Shown here: in pieces, positions 49,158 through 62,439 of the stretch | How positions within the stretch are numbered: the stretch's first letter is position 1 | Layout of the letters: each line of letters begins with the position of its first letter | Origin: Mobula hypostoma | Lineage: Eukaryota | DNA length: 64,000 bases | NCBI RefSeq assembly: GCF_963921235.1 | Contig: NC_086097.1 | Coordinates: 48,176,001-48,240,000, forward strand | Direction: 5' to 3' | Position numbers and translations under genes: made by a program | Notes under the pieces: generated by a model | Told to the model about the DNA's origin: nothing | Database searches by the model: none | Seen by the model: only the letters and a program-made list of their open reading frames with translations

Positions 49158-49407
49158 TGAAGCACTTTCAATTACTCCAAAAGACTGAGGTTTGATAAAA
49201 TACTGAAAGGCTTTTATTCGCTGTACAATACGACCTCCACAGTGAGTGGCTGCCCCCGGACTGAGGGGGAGGGGCAAGGCGAACACCTTTATACAGGACT
49301 CTGTGGGAGGAGCCACAGGGGCAGTCAGAGGAGCCACAGGGGCAGTCAGCAGAGGTGTGTGTCCAGACAGGTAACCGAGTTACAACATATATACATGGTT
49401 TACCACA
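49158..49407 (-). repeat. 5' LTR (250 bp, includes a 21-bp tandem duplication)
   Basis: Direct repeat of the 3' LTR with an extra gaggagccacaggggcagtca. Confidence 0.95.
49259..49293 (-). promoter_or_regulatory. Putative LTR core promoter (TATA box plus initiator)
   Basis: Minus-strand TATAAA at 49293-49288 and TCAGTC with its A at 49262, 31 nt from the TATA start. AATAAA follows at 49218-49213. Confidence 0.6.
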
Positions 49408-52400
49408 CTGTGTTAGGATTCAGACTTCTGACATTTGACCTTGAAAGTAACCATAGTAACATATGCATCATAAAAAAAACGATTATCCATTTCCCTCTAT
49501 TGCAAGTGTGTTGTATAGGCCTTAAACTTTGCCCTTGACAATAAATTGTATGAAGAATTGCTGTGGTCAGTTTGCAAATAAAATGCTTGCTTAGCTATAG
49601 CTGTTAAATGTACCGGATGTAAGACGCTGGTTACATAGATTCTGAAGAAATTCAGTGATAAATAATTGTTTATTTTCCACCCCAGGTTTGCATTATATAC
49701 CAAGTTATTCACATGAGAAAAAGTGACAGCAGTATAATGTGTCAAACATGTTGCTATGTACACAGTGGTTGACTTGGAAAGCTAAAGGTCACTGATTTGT
49801 ATTTAAATAAGACAAATGTGAAGTGATAATAGTCTAGCTGATCATAATGAATTCAAACTAATGGGAATGTCAGTGGGTTGCATGATCAGAAAGGGTCAGG
49901 AACTAATAGCTCAATTCTTCATGGCCAGAATGTTTCCAAAAGACATAAAAGGAAGGAAGTTTATTCATCTTATGAATGCATTAAAAAACAAAAAGCCTCT
50001 TCTATATCAGAGCGAAAATAAGGAAATAAGTCGGAAATAGAACTATTCAGTAAATTATTGTGATCCTCAATTAAACACAATGAAGCTGATAGTACAAAGG
50101 AAAAACATAACTTGGAATCTGATATGAAAACAGAATTTGCTGCAAATGCTCAGCAAATTCAACTGGTATTTGTTGAAAGAGAATCAGGGTTAATTTTATA
50201 GGTCAAATAGTGATTATGAAATCTGTTTAGTGAATTTTGTCCCAAGCTTCTAAGTGTCAGATATGCCTGACTGAGGACGTAACACACAAAAGTCTTTCAG
50301 CAGTTTTTAGTGGCAAATCACTAATGTTGAAATATTTACTTCATGATGTTAAGATTTAGCAGTTTTATTTCTGTTAGTTCATGGTATCACTGTGCATCTT
50401 TAAAGTTCCTACTTCTATCAATATATTCTCCCAAGCTACGTATTGACCACCCTTTGACTTACATAAAAGGGTAGGATAGTATGGCAAATTATGAAGTCAG
50501 GTCACTTACTGATCCATTCACGTTAGTGTCCTGTCCACGGTGAAGAGCTTTGGGCAGGAGTCAGCATCCACTTCACCCATTTGCACTGCCCACAGCTCCA
50601 TAGTTGTGCCTGCTTGTTGATGCCTGCAGTTTGATGTTGCCACCTACCTGACCTCTCATCATGGTTACGTGTGAACAATGGAGAGCACCAAACTTGATGG
50701 AGATCAGCTGCCTCTCTGATGGCAGAACCACTCCATTCAATGTCAATGCCAGAGTGTTTTACTGTCAAGAGCAAAGGAGAGCAGATGCAAGGCTGGCAGC
50801 ATATCAATCTTCACTGAATACTGGCTGGTCAAATGATAGCTCAGACACATCTTCACACAGCATCCAAGCACAAGCAGCTCCTGAAGAAGACTATTTTGGG
50901 AGAAAATAGCAGTTGGGAGGTTTCTGCTGCCCATCACACAGGACAGGGATCTGTGGATGACTTTCCTTTTGTTTGCCTAAAGGTATTTTGTTGGTTTGTC
51001 TTTTGAACTGCTGCCGAGTTGAGTTCAGCAAATCCAAGCACCTGTGCATTAACATTTTTGATAAATCTTGCTGTGTGTTTTTCCTGCTGTCATTAGACTC
51101 ATTTTCCCACATCCAGGTAATCCCTCTTAATATTCTATACAGTGATTTGTATTAAATTCATTGGTAGTTTTTTTCCTTTTAATCAATTTTTCATCTGTGT
51201 TCACTCAATTTGAAAACAGAATGGCTGTGTCTTTAGAACAATTAATCCTATTCCAAATGGGGTTTAAATCCAGTTCTCACTCATGCAGGCATATTGTGTA
51301 GTAATAGATGTGTTAAGATGAGAAACCAGCAAAGGACAGATGTCAGATTAATTCTGTTCCGGTTGGTTTAGTATGTTCTCTGATCCATTGAAAGTTGCAT
51401 CACATCACTGTTAGTGAGAATATTATTGCCAATTAGATAATTATGCTGGAGAAACAAAAATGTAAGAAAGGTTAGTCTAAAAGTTTTCAAGGCAAGTAAA
51501 ACATCTGTTTGAGAGAAGGAGAAATATTGACAATGAGAGAGATATAGATGTTCAGCTTTAAAAATATGCAGCACCTTGGAATTTGTTCAGTTCCTTTTCC
51601 AGAGAAATATTTATTGTTTTATTCGTTACTTTTATAACTTAACCAGTCTTGCACAAATGGGTGCATTTGTTGCACAAGGATATTAGCTACATCATTCTCT
51701 TTTAGAAATATATGTTACCCAGGGGAGAAAGCCTGAGCCTTATTAGCAGTTCACTAAATGTAGTCAGCAGGTCTGTTCCGAGCTGTTGAAAAAGTAAGTG
51801 ACATTAACTCTTCCTTGCAAGTATGTAGGACCAAGCCTTCCAAAATATTTAAAAAATCTATCAGTTGGCAAGTTTACTTCGTGACTTAGTGGGTAAGTAC
51901 ATCAATGGGTAGTGTGTCAGACAACATGAGCATGTCCTGCGTTCAAGCCCTTTGCAGGTGAGTTGGGTGAGCAGAGCTTGGGTCACCGTGATTGGTCTCA
52001 GTGACTCAGGGTTAAGATCAAAGTTGCCAGCCAGGGCTTCTGGTCCCAGTTGTTACTTGTTGATTGATGTTGAAATGAAGGCGCAAGAGCTGAAGGGGTT
52101 AGAACTTGACAGAGTCCAATGATTCCAAGAATCAGTGGCTGAAGAAGTTAATTACTAACACAGAAAACAGAGTTGGTTGAATCTGGAACACACACTAAGT
52201 TGTTGCTTGTGGTATTGAATTGTTGCCTGTAAAGGTTAACAACCGCATCTACGCAGCATGGGTCCCGATAGAGAAGGAAATCAGTGCTTATGATTTGAAT
52301 CCTTTACTAATAAATAGATTTTGATTTTAGTAATAAAAACATTATTAAGCTAATTCACAAACTTGATGGAAAACATGACAGAGGTAAAGAAGGGCCATTC

Positions 52401-52629
52401 TGAATGGTATTGAGAACCTCGGGTCCCTGCAACAAAAGCAACAAAGAGTATGGTTTCACTCTCCAAGCGACTTGTGCCTGGCCTATCAGTGACCTCCTGC
52501 CTCAAATGTAGAAGAGGCTGCTGTCCCACATTGGCCTCTGCCATCACCGCATAACCCACATAACCAGAGAACAGGAAACTCATTCAATTCCAAGATACCT
52601 CAAAAAAAAGGGAAAAAATATAATTACAA

Positions 52630-53030
52630 TATTTTGTTGTATTCTGCCACTAATGATTTAGCTTGGGAAGGATCTGAAGCTCATGGGAAAGTGCAGAAAA
52701 GATTGATCAGAATGGCCTGTAGAATAAGGGATCTCAGTTTCAAAGTTACTGGGGCGGAGGGGCTGTACGAGAGAAGTGTACAAGATCATGATGAATATGG
52801 AGAGGGAACATTGAAGTTCACAGTTTTTGTTTCCAGATGGTACGAGGAGCAGAGACAGTTTCAAACTGATGGTTAATGATACAGCGGTGCATGAGAATAA
52901 TGTTTGGTGGTTCTGATCTGGTGTTCACTTTCTCAAGGTGGAGACAGGTATTTAGCGCTTTGAAAACGGATTAGGAAAGTCACTTGAGGAAAAATAATTT
53001 GCAGAGCTATGGTGAAAGAGCTGGGCTGAC
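52630..53030 (+). mobile_element. Old CR1 3' remnant
   Basis: Decayed KVQKRLIRM-like peptide and CR1-like 3' sequence. Confidence 0.4.
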
Positions 53031-53304
53031 TGGATTGTTCTGCAAAATGTTGCCATTGACAGTGAACCAAATTGCTGCCTCCTGTGCCATAAAAAATAAA
53101 TGGCTCTGTATGAGTAGTTTTTGGCAATGTTTAAATTGTGTAGAAGATAATTACATTGCAATGAAGAAGCTATTAAAGATAATAATAGATTGCTGGTCGA
53201 ATGTTTTATGGTTTGCATTTTTGGGATTAATTCTCTGTTCTGCTTTGCAATTTGCACTGTGCATTGCTGTTCGGATATTTGAGTTAAATGCCTTGTTTTT
53301 TCTA

Positions 53305-53475
53305 GAAACTGCAGGTGCTGCAGTCTGGAGCAACATGCAAGATGCTGGAGGAACTCAGCAGTCTCTTCCCTCCACTTCTTTATACCTGCCATCTCCTGTC
53401 TAGTCCAGATGAAGGGTCTCAACTTGAAATGTCGACTGTTCATTTCCTTCCATGGCTGTTGTCTGACCCTCTGAA
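53305..53475. mobile_element. Degenerate inverted Penelope-derived mini-element
   Basis: gatgctggaggaactcagcag arm followed by the opposite-orientation agtccagatgaagggtctcaacttgaaatgtcgactg. Confidence 0.6.
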
Positions 53476-54694
53476 TTCTGTTTTGCCTGCTGACCGGTTA
53501 GCAGTTTGTACAATTGTACAGTTCCTACAATTGTAACTGAGGCACCTTTGGGTCATTCTCAAAAATTCTGCTCTGAGTTTTGGGTTTTGTCTGCCATTCA
53601 ATTATTTCAATGGACAGAAATTTACCCTGTTTTCTTTTGATATGTGTGGGTGAGAGCTCATGCCAAATTTGTAAAATGGCTGGTTTTATCTTCTCAACTC
53701 CTTTGTGTCATTATAAATATTATTGTCTAATCCTTTATTTTGTCATCAGGACTTCACCAGAACAAATCTGGCAATTTAATATGCTCCCACATAACAAATC
53801 CACAATACAGAGTGTAAAATTGAGCTCTGATGTACTGTATCTATTTATGTTTCATGAACTTCAACTTGAAATTCCACGTGAATTGTATTTCACGTTCCAT
53901 TAGTTACATTGGACAGAGACCGATCAGACAGCCAGAACAAACTACTTCAGTTTTGTTTCCGAACTGTAGTGAATTTCACTGACGTGTTTTATTATGGTCT
54001 TTATCAGTATCTCAATCCATATATCTTTGACCAGAGAGTCAAAAATTTAACAATTCCCTGTCTCATAAATATTATGGGAAATGAACTGAGTGGAAGCCTG
54101 GGCAGTTCATATCATTCATAGGCTTGATATGAAGGGATTTAATGGCTGAGTATGTGGTGTTATTCAAGATGTGGATTGGAAAGCAGTAAACAACAGCCTA
54201 AAGCTTCCATTAGACCCCACCTTTAAACAGTTGCACTTCCTCTGTAGCTAGTGTTGGATGTCAAATAGATATTTTTAAACATCGAATGGAACTGGGACTA
54301 GTCTTTCCAGTCTGTAGCATTCTGACAACTATTGTAGTCTGATTCTGACAACTATTGTAGTGCCTGTTGTTCTCCTCCTCCATTAGTACTAGCCCCCCCC
54401 CCACCCCGTCCCATGCTTGTCCACCCTTGGTACCTACCTGACGACTGTTGCCATCTGGAAATGACAGGATAATTGGAGGCCTGAAATGGAAAATGAGCTC
54501 AAGATTGGAGATGAGTACAGGGGAAATAACAGAAAGGGGACCAGAGAACATGAGGGGAAACAAGAATAAGTGAATGGGGATTCAGGCAAATGAAAAGTAT
54601 GAGGAAAATCTTCAGCCTGGACATATGTATTGGTCAAATGGATTCATTTAAGGATACAAGGATTAACGTAATTCACCATATACATTTATATGTA

Positions 54695-55492
54695 CAGTGG
54701 ATTCCGGTTAATTGGGACACATTGGGACCAGTATATTTTTGCCAAATTAAGTGGCTGTCCCAATTAGCTAAAGTTTCCTGGAAATAATTTAAAAGGTATA
54801 AAAATACAAGCTAATTTTAACTGAATAACAAATTATATATTTAAATGAAATACAGAACTAATGAGAACACCACCAGTACTGTAAAACTGTGTATTAGAGT
54901 TTAATTGTTCTTGATGAAGGAATTCTCTACTGCCATGTTCTTTTGAACAAAATCAGTGCAGGCATCTAGTGCAGATAATGATTTCCTTTATATAATGCTT
55001 TCAATGCTTACTTCTTCCAAATATTAATTTTGATTGTAACATTTTAAATGATTGTTGATATCTTTAAATCTTTATAGTTCTAACTTGTTGAAGTAGTAAA
55101 ATTTTTTCAATTTCACTCCTGGCCATTTCTTGCATCTCCAAGTCTGAATGATTGAAACCACAGTGAACAAAATAGTTTGGAGTTGTTTTACTGCTTATTT
55201 CTCACCAACTATCAGTGGCAAAAATAATTGCTTTTTGAACACAAACACACAGAACTGAAGCTATTTAAAAACTGTTCACTCTAAGTAGTGTATAATGACC
55301 ACACAAGTGCAGGCGACTGACGCTAGTTAGAAACTGTCTGGCAACAGTCTTCTGTCCCAATTAAGTGGCACCGTGTCCCAATCAACAAAAGGAATCCTGG
55401 CTATTTTCACAATTAGTTTTTATTCTTTGAGAGTTGTCCCGAATAAGTGGCTACCCTGAAAAATCAATGGCCCAATTAACTGGAATCTGCTG
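54695..55492. mobile_element. Non-autonomous Tc1/mariner-superfamily (Tigger-like) element with TA TSD
   Basis: TA|cagtggattccggttaattggg ... cccaattaactggaatctgctg|TA, with subterminal cccaatta-type repeats. Confidence 0.8.
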
Positions 55493-56096
55493 TATAGGGA
55501 ATTTGCTGTGGTGTTTTGGCACAGCATGCAACAAAAAGAATCAACAACTATAAGAACAAATAATTATACAAAATTAAGTTAGAAGTTAAAGTAAACAGTG
55601 CAATGCAGTGAATGAAGTAATAGCTTGAAGTAAATAATTCTCTTTACAGGGTCGTGCAGTGAATGAGGTAATAGACAGAGGGGAGCAGTTGAACTGTCTG
55701 GGCGAAGAAACTTCTAAGATGGCATTAAGTTTTTGATTTACTAAGCTGAGAGCACTTTCCAGAAGGAAACTTTTGGAAAAGGAATTTTGCTGGGTGGATA
55801 GTGTTATAATGATTTTTCCCTGCTGGGTTCTTTCTCCTGCACTGATACAAGTCCTGCAGTGATGGTAGACTGCACCCACTGAACTTTTCAGCTGCTCTGA
55901 CAGTTCACTGTACTTCTCATATATTGGAAGAAGATGCTGCACCAAATCACATGGTAATGCCTTATGTGAGAATCCTCTCTGCGATGGCAGTGTACAATTG
56001 CACCAGTACATTCTGAGGAAGATGGCATTTTAACAACTGCTGCAAGAAGTACACTATATCCTCTGCCAAGTTCTTTTGTTAATTAAGGAGATACAA

Positions 56097-57677
56097 CAGT
56101 GCCTATAAAAAGTCCCCCCATTGGAAGTTTTCATGTTTTATTGTTTTCCAACATTGAATCACAATTTAATTTGGCTTTTTTGACACTGATCAACAGAAAA
56201 GGACTTTTTCATGTCAAAGTGAAAACAGATCTCAACAAAGTGATCTAAATTAATTACAAATAAAAAACACAAAATAATTGATTGCGTAAGTATTCATCTC
56301 CCCTTTAATGTGATACACCGAATCATCACTGGTGCAGCCAATTGGTTTTAGAAGTCACATAATGAGTTAAATAGAGATCAATTTTTGAGACCTGTGTGCA
56401 GTCAAGTGCTTCAATTGATTGTCGTAAAATTACACCTGTATCTGGAAGGTCCAATTGCTGGTGAGTCAGTATCCTGGCAAAGACTACACCACGAAGACAA
56501 AAGAACACTCCAAGCAACTCTGTGGGTAGAATATTGAAAAGCACAAGTCAGGGGATGGATACAAGATATTTTCTGAATATCCCTTGGAGTACAGTTGTCA
56601 ATCACCAAGAAATGGATAGAATATGGCACAGCTGTAAAAACTGAGTGACCGTGCAAGAAGGAGACTAGATTGGGAGGCCACCAGCAGACCTATGAGAGCC
56701 CTGGAAACTTCAGAGTCTGAGATGGGAGAGTCTGTGCATTCAACTGCTGCCCGGGTGCTTCACCAGTTGTAGCTTTATGAGAGAGTGGCGAAGAGAAAAC
56801 CACTGTTGAAAAAACTCAAGTGAATTTTTGGCTAGAGTTTGCCAGAAGGCATGTAGGAGACTCTGAAGTCAGCTGGAAGAATGCTGTATGGTCTGATGAA
56901 ACCAATATTGAGCTTTTTAGCCATCAGACTAAATGCTGTTTAGCATAAGCCAAACACTGCACATCATCAAAAACACACCATCCTTACCATGAAGAATGGT
57001 GATGGCTGCATCATGCTGTAGGGATGCTTCACTGCAGCAGGCTCTGGAAGGCTTGTGAAGGTAAAGGGTAAAATGAATGCAGCAAAATACAGGGAAATCC
57101 TGGAGGAAAACCTGATGCAGTTTGCAAGAGAGTGGAGACTTGGGAGATGACTTGTTTTCCAGCAAGACAATGACCCTGACCTTAAAGCCAAAGCTATACA
57201 GGAATGGCTTAAAACAACAAAGTTAATGTCCTGGAGTGGCCAACTCAGAGTCTAGACCTTAATCCAATTGAGAATTTGTGGCTAGCCTTGAAAAGGGCTG
57301 TTTCCTCATGATCCCCATGCAATCTGACAGAGCTTGAGCAGTTTTGTAAAGAAGAATGGGGGAACATTGCAGTATTCCGATGTGCAAAGCTGATAGAGAC
57401 CTATCCAAACAGATTTAAGGCTGTAATTGCTGCCAAAGGTGCATCTACTAAATTCTGACTTGAAGGTGGTGAATACTTATGCAATCAATCATTTTGTGTT
57501 TTATATTTGTAATTAATTTAGATCACTTTGTTGAGATCTGTTTTCACTTTGACACAAAAGAGTCTTTTTCCATTGATCAGTGTCAAAAAAGCCAAATTAA
57601 ATCCACTGTGAATCAATGTTGTAAAACAATAAAACATGAAAACTTTCAAGGGGGGTGAATACTTTTTGTAGGCAGTG
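56097..57677 (+). mobile_element. Full-length decayed Tc1 transposon with ~200-bp IR/DR-type terminal repeats
   Basis: cagtgcctataaaaagt... / ...actttttgtaggcagtg|TA; ~56097-56303 is inverted relative to ~57464-57677. Confidence 0.92.
56491..57458 (+). pseudogene. Tc1 DDE transposase pseudogene
   Basis: (ACG)KTKEHSKQL..., [50 protein letters not shown]. Contains frameshifts and stops. Confidence 0.88.
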
Positions 57678-58031
57678 TAGTTGATAATGATACCTAGGAT
57701 CTTGAAAGTTGAAACTATGTTAACTGTAGATTTGTTGATGATGAGTGGGTGGAGATGAGACAAATTTCTTCTGAGGCTGAAATTAATTTCCATGGTTTTG
57801 AAGTTGTGATAGTACCAGGATACTAGCTTGTTTGCTTCCTGATGATCTGTCACCTCTGGTGAATAGTCATTGGTCAAAGCTTCAACTTGTGAGACAATTT
57901 TGTAACAATGCCAAATAGTGGCAACTTTGGTATCAAATTTGTTTGGTTTTAAAATAAAACATTCTTGTAATAAGTTATATAGAAGTATGCATTTACATGA
58001 TCTGGGATTTACTGTCTTTGACCAGAAATAA

Positions 58032-58123
58032 ATAGATAGATAGATAGATATACTTTATTGATCCCGAGGGAAATTGGGTTTCGTTACAGCCGCACCAACC
58101 AAGAATAGAGCATAAATATAGCA
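58032..58123 (-). mobile_element. (TAGA)n microsatellite tail plus a very short retroposon 3' end
   Basis: tagatagatagatagatatactttattgatcc...; minus strand has aataaa followed by (tcta)n. Confidence 0.5.
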
Positions 58124-58304
58124 GTAGAAGGTCCGGAGTGGATCTCTTGAGTGGTTTTGGCTTCATTCCATTTAATGGCGCAGACTGATGAGTTATACAT
58201 CCAAAACCTGAAATTTACTGGGTGGGTTTGCACACCTTACTGGTGCTTTAAAGTTACATGTGTGTCTTCATGTTTCTACCTCCCAATGGTCTTTCTATAG
58301 CTAG

Positions 58305-58430
58305 ACTACAAATTCTGCAGATGCTGGAAATCTCGAGCAACACACACAACATGTTGGAGCAACTCAGCAGGTCAGGTAGCATCTATAGAAGGGAATAAAC
58401 AGTCAATATTTTGGGCAGAGACCCTTCGGC
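58305..58430 (-). mobile_element. Penelope-derived terminal repeat fragment
   Basis: ttctgcagatgctggaaatctcgagcaacacacac...cagtcaatattttgggcagagacccttc. Confidence 0.75.
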
Positions 58431-61400
58431 ACCATGCCTGCTGGGGACAACTTAATGGATATGCTTTGAAAGAAAATTATTTCTGAAAATGTTGTGGGAA
58501 ACCATTTCTTTACAATAGAGATCCATTTATTTACCATAGAAATGTAAGAGGACCATTGTTGTTCAAGGAAATGTAGATATAACCCCATTTTAGGACTCAG
58601 TTACATCGATAAAATCACCATTGGCTGCAGAGTGGAGTAACATCCTGAATATGTGCCGCTTGGTTAGTTGGCCTCTGTAAATGATTCCTGCTGTAGGTAA
58701 GCAGGGAAGAAACAATGGGGAGCCAATAGGCAAAAGTGCATGGCCATAGCAAGATAAGTTGAGAGAAAATTGGGTTGTTGTCTCAGAAGTTGGCATGGGC
58801 ACACCGGGTCAACCAGCCTCCTGCTATGTTGTAATAAGTAGGTGTTTTATGAGGGATATGTGATAAGACTATTTATAGGAAGCTGCAGGCAAATATTGGT
58901 TCTAGATGTATTGTTAGATTATCTGTTTATTTGTTAAATTTAGTATTGAAATGTTAAAGAACTATAATTATCATGGTGCCATTGCTATCACTGTGCTAAT
59001 TTGAAATTAGTATTAAAACTTACAGTTAACATATACTGAGAAACAAGATTCAATAAATGTAACCTGTCTTACGGATGAGGTTTGTGTCAGAAATCATAAA
59101 AATCATTTGTTTAATCTGTTTTATTTACTGAATGAGGATATGCTAGCAAGATTATGCAAGGTATGGTATATAAAGAACATACACAATAAAAGGCGGTAAA
59201 TAGGTGTCATTTTAAAATCTGTTTTTTAAAGTTTATATCCTTATTACGTGCTTTTGTTAATTAAGTTTTTGTTTGAGGTAACAAGAATAGAGTGATCAAA
59301 AATCTGCTTCTTCAAATGAGCATTATGCTTACAATGCAACTTACTTTAATGTCTTCTGACTTCACCACATTGCCAGATGTTTTGAAATCCTCTTCTTTTG
59401 ACAGTTATGCTGCTAATGGGAAAACAGCAATCAATACATTATAGTACCCTGGTGCTCCATTCTTCCTTCAGAAGTAGAAGTCATGCATTACTAAAAATCA
59501 CCTCATCCATCTCATTTCCTTTATTCCTATGATCTCAATATACATTACGCAGTAGCGCTAAATTGTGAAGTTGTTCACTGCCTGGGGCAGCAGGTTAGGG
59601 ACCCTCCCTTGACACTTGATCTTTGAGTGTTTCTGGATGCGTTGTATATTACTATCCTCTGCCATGTGGCTTGCCCTGAAAAAAGAACTCTCCAGAGCGT
59701 CTTAAAAGACAGCTTCTATTAACCATAAAAACAGGTTAAGTGAAATCCAACTGTATACTGAAATCAGAAAAATGGAGCAAAGTTGCACAGTGCAAATGTA
59801 ATTATCAGAAGAGAAAATGTATAAGAAGCATAAACCTTAAAAATAATGTAGAAAGCTTAGCACAAGTGCTAGGTTCCTTGTTTGTGTACTTAAAAAGATA
59901 ACACTTATCCTTTGGGGATTTCTATTCAATCTGCCCCTTAGCCATATCCTGCAGTTTGACAGGATTTTTGCTGAAAGCAAGACAATACAAAAAAACAATA
60001 AAAAGCATTGCAAATCTCAGCGTTTGATCATGCTTTTGATAACTGTTTCATTTAAAGAATTATAGAAAATATACTATTCAGAATTTAAACCATTAAGTTT
60101 AGCTATTTCATATTTTCAATGCCTTAAAACCATGAAAAAGCACTAGTAGTTTGAAAAGAACAGTGGGGATTAACGATGTGTGTTCTATTTTCAAGACAAT
60201 ATTCAATCATAAATTGAAATTCATACTTCTGAACATTTTTATAATATGTGCTAATCAAGTTAATAGTCTGAATGAGTGAATATTGGACAGCTGAAATCAT
60301 TTTCCAATTAACTGACGAAGATTGCCTTCAATTGTCCTCTACAGAATAACAGAATTTATATAAACAAAGATATTATAATTACAAATTTCTTTTAACACGT
60401 TTTTAATCAATGGCTTCAGAATACTCCAATTATCTTTTGTTAATTGAACAATTGACCACAGTGATAAGTGTTGATATACAGTATCAACAACTGGTCAAAT
60501 AGTGGTTAAAAGTGTGTTTCCAAACAACTACCTCCCCAACCAAAATACAAGTAAAGGTTGCTATAGATTGTGTTCTGGGTAATTTAGCAAGAGGCAAATG
60601 TCTGTTGTGTTGATATGGGTCTCCCTTGACTCACAAAAGTAATGCCTTCCTGAAAAAAACTGTTAAATGAAATTTTGTAAATAAAACCAGATTGAGTGAA
60701 ATGAATCACTGGCACTTTGTGTTCCTACAAGCAAAAGTCTATTTATTCTTGTGGTGGAGTGTAGATTCATAAATCGAATGTTCATACCCCAAAGAAAATG
60801 GTGTTACAGTGAATATTTGTAAATCTAACATTCATTATCATGGCAACAAAATCTTCAAAGTCATTTTCTAAGATACAGTAAATTGCTATACTTGAGTCAA
60901 AAGGTTTAAATTAGTTGAGCTTAATTAATGCTATAACAATGTACCTGATAAGTAAAACCTTGTTGATAAACATCGAACAATTCTACTACTTCATTTTGAT
61001 TTAGTATATAATAATTGCCAGTTTATCATTGTTGCATTTTGAGATTAATGTAGTGACATCACACAATTAATGTTAACAGGCTTGGAACATTATCTGTTGT
61101 TTGTATATATTCTTGATATAAAATAAAGCACTGGTCATAAAGTAATGGAAATAGAAACAAGGGTAGTTGCACATCTAGAAAGTAAAGGGCACAGTTTACA
61201 CAAAAGGTATTCTTCCCCACTTGCAAGGCAGATCAGATGTCCTGCGGAAAGTTTGCACAGTACCAGATGGGTCAGATAAGATGATTACAAGCTTCTAGTT
61301 TGAGGCATTGTATGCATTGAGCCAATGAGAGGAACAGCCAGGATGTAATGCCAAAAAATATCTGTGAAGGTTTAAATTCAAGATCTACAAACAGAACTCA

Positions 61401-62439
61401 GAACATTGAAGTTTTCACAAATAGAATACAGGAACCACCTTTTGATGGCTACCTATTGAAATTTGTCATGGGAACCAATTAATATAGATCGATGAATAAT
61501 TTTGGCAACGAAGTACAAAGTGCTGGAATGTTGCCCCGCTTTGATCTCATCCTTTGCTCTTGATGATATTCACATTGTTTTCTTCCTATGGAAGTACTGT
61601 TGGTCTTTAAGCACAAAATATTGTGAGCTATGATTTCCTTTCGTAACGAACCAGAATTAGGTTTAATATCACCAGCATATGTCATGAAAATGATATCCTT
61701 TATTGATTTCTAGTGTTTAAAAAGAATCCTAATTCAATGAAAATTTGGGCTTCCAACTGGGCTCCTTCCAAGTTAGAGCCAGTTAACTGAATATAGCTAC
61801 AAATGAAAGCTCAGCATGGCTCTCACTCAAGCATAGTTGCAAAAATCGGTTCCATTACTTGCTGCAAGAGGCTGTGAAGAACTGTAAGATGCAAAAGTGG
61901 GTTCTTATTAAATAAATCAAATGGCACCAACCATAATGCATGCAAAGTAGATGAGACTGCAGGTACAGTAAAACTCCAATAATCCTTGACCCGACTATTC
62001 AGTATCTGGCTCGACAGGCCATGTTTGGCCTTCGAACTCATCCCACTTCCTGCACAACTTCTTTACTCACTAGGGTCCCAGATCCTGAGGTCCCTTGAAA
62101 ATGACTGGGGCTTTGTTTCCACATTCCCTTTAAAATTGCTAGATCCACTGGAACACTTATTATTCTAATTTGGAACTGTTTAAAAAATGTGATCTAATAT
62201 TGTATTGGAGTATTAGTAACATCCAACAGTCTGTAAAATCTGCCAGTCCAGCGCTACCGAAAAACTGAGTATTACCAGTTTAATTGTATATTTTGCCGTT
62301 ATTCCTGAATGCTCCAAATTTTATATTGGAGTGAATCTTGAGAATGTTGCATACAGAAATACGCCCTTCTGCCCAATGTGGTTGCATTACTGGTTCTGTC
62401 CACTGACCTCCCTCCTGGCACCTACAGCACGCCTGCCCC

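Larger units (their letters stand above)
44935..49407 (-). mobile_element. Complete Ty3/Gypsy LTR retrotransposon (probably Mag-like), frameshifted
   Basis: Two TG...CA LTRs; 5-bp TSD ctgtg at 44930-44934 and 49408-49412; domain order gag-PR-RT-RH-IN. Confidence 0.95.

Noticed and set aside
50661..50909. 82-aa ORF as a further KIF26A exon
   Set aside because: No resemblance to the expected downstream KIF26 sequence; it overlaps what looks like a decayed LINE fragment on the minus strand.
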